Below are positions 50,901 through 62,554 of a stretch of 64,000 nt of DNA, in pieces. The translations under genes were made by a program, and so were the position numbers. Origin of the DNA: Eledone cirrhosa (lineage: Eukaryota). The stretch is taken from NCBI GenBank assembly GCA_964016885.1, contig OZ024741.1, positions 409,634,001 through 409,698,000 of the forward strand. The letters run 5' to 3'. Position 1 is the first letter of the stretch; each line of letters opens with the position of its first letter. The notes below the pieces were generated by a model. It was given only the letters and a program-made list of their open reading frames with translations, did no database searches and was not told where the DNA came from.

Positions 50901-53059
50901 TCCTCTTTACAGTGAGTGCTGGGTGCTTTTTTGCCGTAGCACCTACACGCCCACTTTACAGTGAGTGCTGGGTGCTTTTTTGCCGTGGCACCTCCACGTC
51001 TACTTTACAGTGTGGGCTGGGTACTTTTTTGCCGTGGCACCTCCACGTCCACTTTACAGTGTGGGCTGGGTGCTTTTTTGCCGTGGCACGTCCACTTTGC
51101 AGTGTTGGCTGGGTGCGCTTTTGACGTGGCACCTCCACGTCCACTTTAGTGAGTGCTGGGTGCTTTTTTGTGGCACCTCCACGTCCACTTTACAGTGAGT
51201 GCTGGGTGCTTTTTTGCCGTGGCACCTCCACGTCCACTTTACAGTGAGGGCTGGGTGCTTTTTTGCCGAGGCACCTCCACGTGCACTTTACAGTGAGTGC
51301 TGGGTGCTTTTCTGTGACACCTCCACGTCCACTTTACAGTGAGTGCTGGGTGCTTTTTTGCCGTGGCACCTCCACGTCCACTTTACAGTGAGGGCTGGGT
51401 GCTTTTTTTGTGGGACCTCCACGTCCACTTTACAGCGAGGGCTGGGTGCTTTTTTGTGGCACCTCCACATCCACTTTACAGAGAGTGCTGGGTGCTTTTT
51501 TGTGGAACCTCCACATCCACTTTACAGAGAGTGCTGGGTGCTTTTTTGCTGTGGCACCTCCACGCCCACTTTACAGTGGGTGCTGGGTGCTTTTTTGCCG
51601 TGGCACCTCCACGTCCACTTTACAGTGAGTGCTGGGTGCTTTTTTGCTGTGGCACCTCCACGTCCACTTTACAGTGTGGGCTGGGTGCTTTTTTGTGGTA
51701 CCTCCACGTCCACTTTACAGTGAGGGCTGGGTGCTTTTTTGTGGCACCTCCACGTCCACTTTACAGTGAGTGCTGGGTGCTTTTTTGTGGTACCTCCACG
51801 TCCACTTTACAGTGAGGGCTGGGTGCTTTTTTGTGGCACCTCCACGTCCACTTTACAGTGAGTGCTGGGTGCTTTTTTGTGGTACCTCCACGTCCACTTT
51901 ACAGTGAGGGCTGGGTGCTTTTTTGCCGTGGCACCTCCACGTCCACTTTACAGTGAGGGCTGGGTGCTTTTTTGTGGCACCTCCACGTCCACTTTACAGT
52001 GAGTGCTGGGTGCTTTTTTGCCATGGCACCTCCACGTCCACTTTATAGTGAGGGCTGGGTGCTTTTTTGTGGGACCTCCATGTCCACTTTACAGTGAGTG
52101 CTGGGTGCTTTTTTGTGGGACCTTCACGTCCACTTTCCAGTGAGTGCTGGGTGCTTTTCTGCCGTGGCACCTCCACGTCCACTTTACAGTGAGGGCTGGG
52201 TGCTTTTTTGTGGCACCTCCACGTCCACTTTACAGTGAGTGCCGGGTGCTTTTTTGCCGTGACACCACCACGTCCACTTTACAGTGAGTGCTGGGTGCTT
52301 TTTTGCCGTAGCACCTACACGTCCACTTTACAGTGAGTGCTGGGTGCTTTTTTGCCGTGGCACCTCTACGCCCACTTTACAGTGAGTGCTGGGTGCTTTT
52401 TTGCTGTGGCACCTCCACGTCTACTTTACAGTGTGGGCTGGGTACTTATTTGCCGTGGCACCTCCACGTCCACTTTACAGTGTAGGCTGGGTGCTTTTTT
52501 GCCGTGGCACGTCCACTTTGCAGTGTTGGCTGGGTGCGCTTTTGCCGTGGCACCTCCACGTCCACTTTAGTGAGTGCTGGGTGCTTTTTTGTGGCACCTC
52601 CACTTCCACTTTACAGTGAGTGCTGGGTGCTTTTTTTGTGGGTCCTCCACGTCCACTTTACAGTGAGTGCTGGGTGCTTTTTTGTGGCACCTCCACGTCC
52701 ACTTTACAGTGAGTGCTGGGTGCTTTTTTGTGGCACCTCCACGTCCACTTTCCAGTGAGTGCTGGGTGCTTTTTTGTGGCACCTCCACGTCCACTTTACA
52801 GTGAGTGCTGGGTGCTTTTTTGTGGCACCTCCACGTCCACTTTACAGTGAGTGCTGGGTGCTTTTTTGTGGCACCTCCACGTCCACTTTACAGTGAGTGC
52901 TGGGTGCTTTTTTGTGGCACCTCCACGTCCACTTTACAGTGAGTGCTGGGTGCTTTTTTGCCGTGGCACCTCCACGTCCACTTTACAGTGGGAGGTGTGG
53001 GGGCATATTGTCTATATGCTTCAGCTTGTACCCATGGGAAGTCGGGTACTCTGTATTAC
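44993..53059 (-). mobile_element. 5'-truncated RTE 3' UTR insertion whose internal unit has expanded into a satellite
   Basis: 44993-45160 and 52985-53059 are reverse complements of ~58865-59039 and ~58703-58775. (CAT)n tail at 44993. Confidence 0.9.
45156..52990. repeat. 46/49-bp satellite (gagtgctgggtgctttttt[gcc]gtggcacctccacgtccactttacagt), ~7.8 kb, ~160 units
   Basis: Direct reading. The same unit is present about twice in the RTE 3' UTR at ~58775-58870. Confidence 0.97.
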
Positions 53060-54133
53060 ATGACAATATAGATATACCAGACACTGTAACCCCTAAATTA
53101 CATGACTGCACTATATTACCAGACAGTGTAACCCCTAAGTTACATGACACTGTAACCCCTAATTTACATGACTGCACTATAGATATACCAGACAGGGTAA
53201 CCCCTAAATTACATGACACTGTAACCCCTAAATTACATGACTGCACTATAGATATACCAGACAGTGTAACCCCTAAATTACATGACACTACAGATATACC
53301 AGACACTGTAACCCCTAAACTACATTACACTATAGATATACCAGACACTGTAACCCCTAAATTACATGACACTACAGATATACCAGACACTGTAACCCCT
53401 AAATTACATGACTTCACTATAGATATACCAGACAGTGTAACCCCTAAACTACATGACACTATAGATATACCAGACAGTGTAACCCCTAAACTATATGACA
53501 CTACAGATATACCAGAAACTGTAACCCCTAAACTACATGACACTACAGATATACCAGACAGTGTAACCCCTAAACTCCATGACACTATAGATATACCAGA
53601 CAGTGTAACCCCTAAACTATATGACACTACAGATATACCAGACACTGTAACCCCTAAACTACATGACACTACAGATATACCAGACACTGTAACCCCTAAA
53701 CTACATGACACTACAGATATACCAGACACTGTAACCCCTAAACTACATGACTTCACTACAGATATACCAGACACCATAACCCCTAAACTACATGACACTA
53801 CAGATATACCAGACAGTGTAACCCCTAAATTACTTGACACTACAGATACACCAGACAGTGTAACCCCTAAATTACTTGACACTACAGATACACCAGACAG
53901 TGTAACCCCTAAATTACTCGACACTACAGATACACCAGACACTGTAACCCCTAAACTACATGACATTATAGATATACCAGACAGTGTAACCCCTAAACTA
54001 CATGACTTCACTACAGATATACCAGACACTGTAACCCCTAAACTACATGACACTAGATATACCAGACAGTGTAACCCCTAAATTACATGACACTATAGAT
54101 ATACCAGACAGTGTAACCCCTAATTTACATGAC
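53055..54133. repeat. 42-bp satellite, right part, ~25 units
   Basis: Same unit as 42193-44992. It ends ~20 bp from the splice donor at 54153. Confidence 0.96.
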
Positions 54134-54153
54134 CTTTATGTAACATAACTCAC

Positions 54154-54327
54154 CATTTCCTAATTCAAGGCCAGCCACAGGGTAACCTTTGTTGGAGATA
54201 TATTTCAAGAGTTTGACAACATTATCAGGAACCCAGGTACCATTGCGACGATTCAACATGTTTAAACCAAACACAACATCCCATTGGACAGATCCAGCAA
54301 ATTTGAAGAGTTCATCAATCTGGGGAG
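54154..54327 (-). CDS. HPSE: Heparanase-like (GH79) exon B, 174 bp: (A)PQIDELFKFAGSVQWDVVFGLNMLNRRNGTWVPDNVVKLLKYISNKGYPVAGLELGN
   Basis: cttcag|CT CCC...GGA AAT G|gtgagt. Aligns to human [27 protein letters not shown]...W...N...LLDYCSSKGYNISWELGN. Confidence 0.93.
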
Positions 54328-54471
54328 CTGAAGCAGATATCACAGAAATACATGGTTACTACATGGTGTGATATATATATATATATATATGTTTGTGTGT
54401 GTATGTATGTATAAATAGATATGTGTGTGTTTGTATTGATGTGTGTGTGCGTGCATGCGTGTGTTTATATA

Positions 54472-54792
54472 GTTATACTTTGGGAGGGTCATGCTGCCAA
54501 TAAAAACACACGCACCGGTTGATTTTCACTTCAATTTATTGTAAATTTTTATTGGCAGCATGACCCTCCCAAAGTATAACAATATCGGTTTCAACACACG
54601 TTTTCAGATAAGAAATCTTGCAAAACAAATTCAAAAACGAAATATATATATATTTGTTTTGTAAGGGTTTTGATAGGAAATCGTGTGTCGAAACAAATAT
54701 TGTTATACTTGGGGAGTGTCATGTTGTTGTAAAACCAACCAAACAGCTGTTATTATTTCTGGCAATATTATTACAACAATATGACCCTCCCC
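54472..54792. repeat. Cluster of short inverted repeats (35-bp arms 54472-54506/54546-54580, plus diverged mirror copies to ~54792)
   Basis: gttatactttgggagggtcatgctgccaataaaaa / tttttattggcagcatgaccctcccaaagtataac. A related copy starts at ~54702. Confidence 0.75.
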
Positions 54793-54859
54793 ATATATAT
54801 ATATACAATTGGTCGTCTGTATGCGGCAGGCTGATGCTTTTACAGAGCAGAGTATAATA

Positions 54860-55486
54860 TCACATAAGAAACGGGAATCAGTGGTGTGTCGAATAAAATT
54901 GATTAGACATATTACAATCGTTTCTCTGGTGACCAGTTCGAGGCACGATCGATGTGATGATCAGAGTCAGGTTCCATCATTACATCGATCATGCCTCGAT
55001 CGATGTAATGGTCAGAGTCAGGTTCCATCATTGCATCGATCGTGCCTCGATCGATGCAATGGTCAGAGTCAGGTTCCATCATTACATCGATCGTGCCTCG
55101 ATCGATGCAATGGTCAGAGTCAGGTTCCATCATTGCATCGATCGTGCCTCGATCAATGCAATGATCAGAGTCAGGTTCCATCATTGCATCGATCGTGCCT
55201 CGATCGATGCAATGGTCAGAGTCAGGTTCCATCATTGCATCGATCGTGCCTCGATCGATGCAATGGTCAGAGTCAGGTTCCATCATTGCATCGATCGTGC
55301 CTCGATCGATGCAATGATCAGAGTCAGGTTCCATCATTGCATCGATCGTGCCTCGATCGATGCAATGGTCAGAGTCAGGTTCCATCATTACATCGATCGT
55401 GCCTCGATCTGGTCGCTAGAGAAACGATTGTAATATGTCCAATAAATTTCCATTCGTCGCACCACAGATTCCCGTTTCTTATGTGA
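54860..55486. mobile_element. MITE-like element with ~77-bp imperfect TIRs, TA flanks and ~9 tandem 51-bp hairpin units
   Basis: TA|TCACATAAGAAACGGGAATC...GATTCCCGTTTCTTATGTGA|TA. Unit gatcgatgcaatggt cagagtcaggttcc atcattgcatcgatc gtgcctc. Confidence 0.85.
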
Positions 55487-55634
55487 TATATATGTGTGTT
55501 TGTGTGTGTATGTGTATATATTCATATATATGTGTGTGTGTGTATATGTATACATATATATGTGTATAGCTATATCTATGTTTTATATTTACTGTATGAA
55601 AGAGCATCAACATAAAAGACATGTTATATCCTAC

Positions 55635-55780
55635 CAGTGACATTAAAGGGAGCTAAGTGTGTGTTGACATTTCCTAAGTCATCAGAACCATCATGGAAAT
55701 AGAGGAAGTCTTCTAAAGTTCCACCAATCCTGATATATAATGGTGAAAGTTCACGGGCTAAACTGAGTACTTTTGGTGAA
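55635..55780 (-). CDS. HPSE: Heparanase-like (GH79) exon A, 146 bp: SPKVLSLARELSPLYIRIGGTLEDFLYFHDGSDDLGNVNTHLAPFNVT
   Basis: Not in the ORF track. ttttctag|T TCA CCA...GTC ACT G|gtagga. Aligns to human [28 protein letters not shown]. Its phase-1 end joins exon B. Confidence 0.93.
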
Positions 55781-55838
55781 CTAGAAAATAACAAAAGATT
55801 CCATATAAATTATATTTAAATAAATATACATACACACA

Positions 55839-56392
55839 TGGTGGCTACCAACTCGTTTTCGAGTACGGCCAATACTTTATATCCATGTAGGAGAACCCCT
55901 ACTGATGCGCTGAACGAGTGTGACTTCTTAGTCCAGCCAGCGACTTGAAAACTCTGGTACAAACACTACACTTGTGACAATTATTGACACATAGTGCTGG
56001 GCCCATGGTACCATGTGACGACAAATGCAGAGAGATCTCCAGATATAAAGCAATGCCTGTGCCGTGAAGCTTTTATAGTGAGCAAAGGCACTGCACAAAG
56101 TCAGTCCCACTCTCTTAACCAAGATGATATTTACCAAAAAGAAGAACAAGTCAACATCATTGGATACCATCAGGGTTGCAGGTGTTATATCAGAGTTTTC
56201 CTTCTCCTAGAATTCTGCCTTGACAAAGGCTAAGGGGTCATCTCTCCCGGTGATTTTGGATGGCCATTGACTCTTAAGAGCTCCTTTGCCCTTTGACAGG
56301 TTTTGTTTTTAGTCCTGCAGGATGTCCAAAGTCACCCTCCTCACCAAGAAACCTTGGTGGGGTTGCCAGTTTAGTCGCCAACGACCCGACCA
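55839..56392 (-). mobile_element. Non-autonomous bipartite RTE/BovB-like element, copy 2
   Basis: Near-identical to 3279-3863 but without the ~33-bp internal duplication of copy 1. Confidence 0.65.
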
Positions 56393-57016
56393 TATACATA
56401 TATACATATATACATACATACATATATACATACATACATACATACATATATATATATACATATATATATATAAAATCCTCCTCATCATCACCACCACTAC
56501 CATTTAAAGTCTATTTTCCATACTAGCATGGGTTAGATGGGTTGCCCCATTGACAAAAAGGCCAGGTCAGGTGACCATGTCTTGCTCATACAGGAACTGA
56601 TTCTGGCTGGTTTCTACAGCTGGATGCCCTCCCTAACACCAACCACATAGTGAGTACTGGGTGCTTTTTGTTGTGTTGCCATCACGACCACTCTACAGTG
56701 TGGACTGTATATATATATATTGAAATAGAAGCTTCGGTGTAATATATATTTCACTGTAATATACTCTAATAATGGGGTGTATAAATCCACTGAACAGAAA
56801 ATGCTGCGTGGATGTACAGATAGGTAAAATCCTGACCACGGTGCCAAGCCTTGAGAAGGTTGAAACTGTTTGCTGTTGTGGTCAGGGTTACATAAATATA
56901 TCTATATATAAATGAAGTATTTCCGTAGAAAGGGTAAAGGAAGGGAGAGTGCTCTATGGTAAATGGAATAATTGTATTGTGTTGTTTATGACATAATATA
57001 TATATAGACACACACA

Positions 57017-59040
57017 GATTACTAAATGAAGAGAATGCATGGGAAGCAGAGACCCTACCCCAAGTAGACCCTATAGAGGGGCCAGCAGTACAAGTCAGCA
57101 GCAGCGTAGTAAGTAAAGCAATCAAAGATATGAAGATGGGGAAGGCAACCGGTCCATCGGGTATAGCTGCTGAGATGCTGAAGGCATCTGGGTCTGTAGG
57201 TCACACTATAACCACACGTATTGTAAACCAGGTAATACTAGAAGGTGTCATACCAAAAGATTGGTGCATTAGCATCATTGTCAACTGCTACAAAGGTAAA
57301 AGCGATGCACTAGATAGAGGAAACTATAGAGGTATAAAGCTGATGGACCAGGTCATGAAAGTAACAGACAGAGTTATAGCACAGTTGATTAGGGACCGGG
57401 TGAAACTAGATGAGATGTAATTTGGGTTTGTATTAGGAAGAGGCACCACTGATGCCCTCTTCCTTGTGAGGCAGTTACAGGAAAAGTACCTAGCTAAAAG
57501 TAAGCCACTCTACCTGGCATTCGTCGACCTTGAGAAAGCCTTTGACAGAGTTCCACGTGCTGTAATCTGGTGGGCTCTTAGAAAACTAGGAGTAGATGAA
57601 TGGCTTGTGAAAGCTGTACAAGCCATGTATAGGGGAGCAGTCAGCAAAGTTAGGATTAACAATGAGTATAGCGAGGAATTTAGCGTACAGGTTGGGGTTC
57701 ACCAGGGCTCTGTTCTTAGCCCCCTCCTGTTCATCATAGTCCTACAGGCAATAACGGAGGAGTTTAAGACCGGATGCCCATGGGAACTCCTGTATGCTGA
57801 TGACCTTGCACTTATAGCTGAATCTATGGTAGAACTAGAGAAGAAATTCCAAACTTGGAAGCAGGGACTAGAAAGAAAGGGTCTCAAAGTCAACATGACA
57901 AAGACTAAGGTCCTTGTAAGTAGACGAGAAAACAGAACCCAGATCCCCTCAGGGAAATGGCCTTGCTCAGTATGTAGGAAAGGTGTAGGTAGGAACTCCA
58001 TTCTCTGCCCCAAATGCAAACAATGGGTACACAAGAGATGTAGCGGGATCTCAGGAAGCTTAATTAAGAATGTAGGCTTCACATGCAGCAGCTGTGCTGG
58101 GACAGCAAGCAGCAAACAGCCACAGGAAACAAGCACCACCAATCTTTGGGAGGGCTCTGTAAAAACAGTAGATACCTAGGTGCCCGAATTAGCAGCGGAG
58201 GTGAGTGTTCAGAAAATACAATAACTAGGGTAAGAACGGGATGGAAGAAGTTCAGGGAACTACTGCCACTGCTAGCTGGAAAAGGCTTCTCCCTCAAAAT
58301 GAAAGGCAAACTGTATGATGAGTGTATATATGAACAGCAATGTTACATGGTAGTGAGACCTGGGCGCTGAAGGTGGAAGATTAGAAAGAAACAAAGCCTG
58401 CATGCTCCGATGGATGTGTAATAGTAATATACGCGAACGACAAAGCATAAATGAATTGAGAGAGAGACTGAGCATAAGAGGAATCAAATGCTGTGTGCAG
58501 GAGAGGTGGTTGCGTTGGTATGGACATGTGATGCGTATGAAGGATGACAGCTGCATAAAAAGGTGCAGAGCACTAGAAGTCAATGGAAACCACGGAGTGG
58601 GGAGACCCAAGAAGACCTGGGATGAGGTGATAAAAGCCAACCTTACCCAATTACACCTCTCAAAGGCGATGACACACGACCGTGACCTCTGGCGTCACGC
58701 AGTAATACAGAGTACCCGACCTCCCATGGGTACAAGCTGAAGCATATAGACAATATGCCCCCACACCCTCCCACTGAAAGTGGTCGTGGAGGTGCCACAG
58801 CAAAAAAGCACCCAGCCCACACTGTAAAGTGGACGTGTAGGTGCCACGGAAAAAGCACCCAGCACTCACTATAAATGAGGTTGGTGTTAGGAAGGGCATC
58901 CAGCTGTAGAAATCAAGCCAAATCAGTTCCTGTATGAGCAAGGCATGGTCAGCCGACCAGACACTGCCCACAACAGGACAACCCGTCTAACCCATGCTAG
59001 CGTGGAAGAACGGACGTAAAACGGTGATGATGATGATGAC
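57017..59040 (+). mobile_element. 5'-truncated RTE-clade LINE (second subfamily), RT pseudogene, (GAT)n tail
   Basis: ORFs 57130-57420, 57466-58179 (FVDLEKAFDRV, QGSVLSP, LLYADDL, Cys/His finger) and 58402-58740. Its 3' UTR is the parent of the 46/49-bp satellite. Confidence 0.93.
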
Positions 59041-59043
59041 ACA

Positions 59044-60868
59044 TCTATATATATAAAACTGTGGTTGTCTGTCTGTCTATCGATTTTTGACACACATCTC
59101 CTCTTAGAATCTCTCACGGAATTGCACCGAAATTGCTATACTTGTACATTGAGCCCTAGCGAAGACATCGGAAAAAAAATATTTCAAATTGACCCACCCT
59201 ATGTGACGAAATCGAATATAATGTAACGATTTTTGAGCGTAAGTTATCAGTTATTTCCCTTTGTTCTGTTTACATTGAGCGTCTTACGTAAAAAATTACG
59301 CTGGCTTTCTCAGCGTTTAAAATGACATTAACGTCGAGCCAACAAAATATTGACCTGCAAAATTCATCAGTTCGAACACTAAGCTTCCGTTTTGCTTCAT
59401 TTCCATTTAAAAGCATTTTAAAACAATATTTTTACTTGAAAACAAGTCTATTTAAAGACTACGTAAAACAAGCAAATATTTCGTCGTTAGGCGTGCAGAC
59501 AGACAGTCGTGCAGACAGACAGTCGTGCAGAGAGGTGATATAGGCGTGCAGACAGACAGTCGTGCAGAGAGGTGATATAGGCGTGCAGACAGACAGTCGT
59601 GCAGAGAGGTGATATAGGCGTGCAGACAGACAGTCGTGCAGAGAGGTGATATAGGCGTGCAGACAGACATAACTGATAATTTGGTTACGCTAATGTTTTT
59701 CTCTGCGTTGCAGTGTTTACATTTTCGATCTTTGTTAATAAATAACCAGTGCAGTTTCTATCCCCAGCATCCTCTTTTGTTATAACATTCGGGTTATCGT
59801 TATGTTTTCTTAACTTCATAAGGCATATTGTTGGTTGAGGGAATATTAATCAAAAACACCACATGCAAGTCTGCACAGTAGACACTACAGTTTTTAAGCC
59901 AAGAAAGAAACTTAACATTGTAACTTTAACACAGCTACTGAGCGACCCCGAGCAACGCCGGGCTTTACTGCTAGTCTATATATATAAAACTGTGGTTGTC
60001 TGTCTGTCTATCGATTTTTGGCACACATCTCCTCTTAGAATCTCTCACGGAATTGCACCGAAATTGCTATACTTGTACATTGAGCCCTAGCGAAGACATC
60101 GGAAAAAAAATATTTCAAATTGACCCACCCTATGTGACGAAATCGAATATAATGTATCGATTTTTGAGCGTAAGTTATCAGTTATTTCCCTTTGTTCTGT
60201 TTGCATTGAGCGTCTTACGTAAAAAATTACGCTGGCTTTCTCAGCGTTTAAAATGACATTAACACAATACACGAACGAACAGTTGTCGAGCCAGCAAAAT
60301 ATTGACCTGCAAAATTCATCAGTTCGAACACTAAGCTTCCGTTTTGCTTCATTTCCATTTAAAAGCATTTTAAAACAATATTTTTACTTGAAAACAAGTC
60401 TATTTAAAGACTACGTAAAACAAGCAAATATTTCGTCGTTAGGCGTGCAGACAGACAGTCGTGCAGAGAGGTGATATAGGCGTGCAGACAGACAGTCGTG
60501 CAGACAGACAGTCGTGCAGAGAGGTGATATAGGCGTGCAGACAGACAGTCGTGCAGACAGACATAACTGATAATTTGGTTACGCTAATGTTTTTCTCTGC
60601 GTTGCAGTGTTTACATTTTCGATCTTTGTTAATAAATAACCAGTGCAGTTTTTATCCCCAGCATTCTCTTTTGTTATAACATTCGGGTTATCGTTATGTT
60701 TTCTTAACTTCATATGGCATATTGTTGGTTGAGGGAATATTAATCAAAAACACCACATGCAAGTCTGCACAGTAGACATTACAGTTTTTAAGCCAAAAAA
60801 GAAACTTAACATTGTAACTTTAACACAGCTACTGAGCGACCCCGAGCAACGCCGGGCTTTACTGCTAG
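59044..60868 (+). mobile_element. Head-to-tail dimer of a non-autonomous Helitron (59044-59974 and 59975-60868)
   Basis: A|TCTATATATATAAAACTGTGG start, CCCGAGCAACGCCGGG hairpin + CTAG end, perfect CTAG|TC junction, final CTAG|T. An internal 37-bp minisatellite differs in copy number between the units. Confidence 0.9.
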
Positions 60869-60875
60869 TATATTA

Positions 60876-61557
60876 TAAAAGTAGATTAAAACAAAATATA
60901 TTCCCATCATGTTACACCATAAACCAGCTCAAATATACTTTATACAGGCTGAAATATGTATTTTACAGAGCATTATTTATACAAAATTTTATTTAGGTAC
61001 AATATTAAAGTTTATTACTATTAAGAACATAACAAGCAAAAAAATATATTTAAGGAAAAAATATAATTTTATCTGCATGATTGTCCAGGTTGTGGTTTCA
61101 CCATGATTAAGAAAATTAGTCTAATTAACATGGTTAATTAGCCACTCAAGACTTTCATTACTCAACAGTTGACTAAGATATACTAACTAATAGCTATTTC
61201 AAGAAAAGCTTTAATGAATTTTCCTGTGTTGGTAAATAACATGAAGACTTGACAGCTATTACAGTTAAAAGAAACATATGGTTATGAAGTTCATGTGGTT
61301 TAGCTAGAGTTATTCAGTGTAAAGTTAAATAGCTTCTATGTGGAAGACAATGAAGCTAGAAATAGCTCACAAGATCTCCAAGAAAATGTAACAACTCAAC
61401 CTAAAATTAATTTAATTAACTAACTAAAAGAGAGTAACGACATTCTAAAAGTAGATTTAAACAAAATATATTCCCATCATATTACACCATAAACCAGCTC
61501 AAATATACTTTATACAGGCTGAAATATGTATTTTGTAAAGCATTATTTATACAAAAT
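60876..61557 (+). repeat. ~112-bp dispersed direct repeat (60876-60988 and 61446-61557)
   Basis: taaaagtagatt(a/t)aaacaaaatatattcccatcat...cattatttatacaaaat occurs twice. Confidence 0.8.
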
Positions 61558-61560
61558 TTA

Positions 61561-61745
61561 GGGCGGTGGATTGGCAGTATCGGTGGAGGGTCGGACGCCA
61601 TGCTTTCTAGCATAGTTACGTCCCTTTACGATCTGAGTTCAAATCCCGCCGAGGTTGACTTTGCCTTTCATCCTTATGGAGTCGATAAAATAAAGTACCA
61701 GTAATGCACTGGGCAATTGCTGGCCTTGTGCCTAAAGTAGAAACA
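61561..61745 (+). mobile_element. tRNA-derived SINE with Nin/Deu-like domain and 16-bp target-site duplication
   Basis: A box TGGCAGTATCGG, B box GAGTTCAAATCC. TSD ATTATTTATACAAAAT at 61542-61557 and 61746-61761. Confidence 0.9.
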
Positions 61746-61768
61746 ATTATTTATACAAAATGTTATTT

Positions 61769-61810
<42 letters not shown>

Positions 61811-62554
61811 CAACCCATCCAAGTTTTCTGTCTACACAATAAAGTGCTCATGTAGGTGTCATGACAAAAAGCACACATACATGATTATTATTTCTTAATT
61901 ACAAAATTAAATAATATATATATTATTTAATAATATATATATTATATTAAATAATGTATATATTATATTAAATAATGTATATATTATATATTATTTAATA
62001 CAGGAATGACATCCAGCTGTAGAAACCAAGCCAGAATCAGTTCTGTATGAGCAAAACACGGTCACCTGACATTGCTGACAACAGGACAACTCGTCTAACC
62101 CATGCTAGCATGGAAAAATGGATGTTAAACGATGATGATGATGATATATATACATATGCACAAACGTATACACACACATACTCAATGCAGTGCCCCAGCA
62201 TGACCGCGGTCATGTAAAAAGAAATCAAATAATTATCTTCCTAACAGAAGTTATCTCCCTTGCATCAACCAATTCTCCTGCATCTTAAGTTTTCACTGAG
62301 TCAACAATAAAGTCCTTCATATGGACTGTCTGATCTGCTAGAAATAACAGGCAAATATCCCTCAATCATACGTTATTAAAGTAGTACGTAGACGTCATTA
62401 TGACTGATAGTTGCACTCCGCGGATAGTTTATGGGAATACTAGGTAGAAGTCATATCAGCTCCACGATCAAAGGCGGCTCCATCCATGACCATCACGTCT
62501 TTCTAGAAATATTTTGTCTAATGTGACATTCCTTTATTATTTTTTTATTATATT

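Noticed and set aside
42102-54081. Mucin-like TTDIPDTVTPKLHD / SGISVVSCSLGVTV and WHLHVHFTV repeat ORFs
   Set aside because: These are translations of the 42-bp and 46/49-bp satellites, open on both strands and interrupted by a LINE insertion.
54583-54710. Possible hammerheads (CTGAAAA...GAAAC; TTGTAAG...GAAAC)
   Set aside because: I could not form a closing stem I and valid stem II, and the invariant core positions are missing.
54947-55409. Palindromic regularly spaced repeats resembling a CRISPR array; Cys-rich 225-aa ORF
   Set aside because: The loops and linkers are identical rather than unique spacers, there are no cas genes and the context is eukaryotic. The ORF results from the 51-bp period.
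61561-61660. Possible tRNA gene (A and B boxes)
   Set aside because: No cloverleaf. It is followed by a SINE body and flanked by a TSD.
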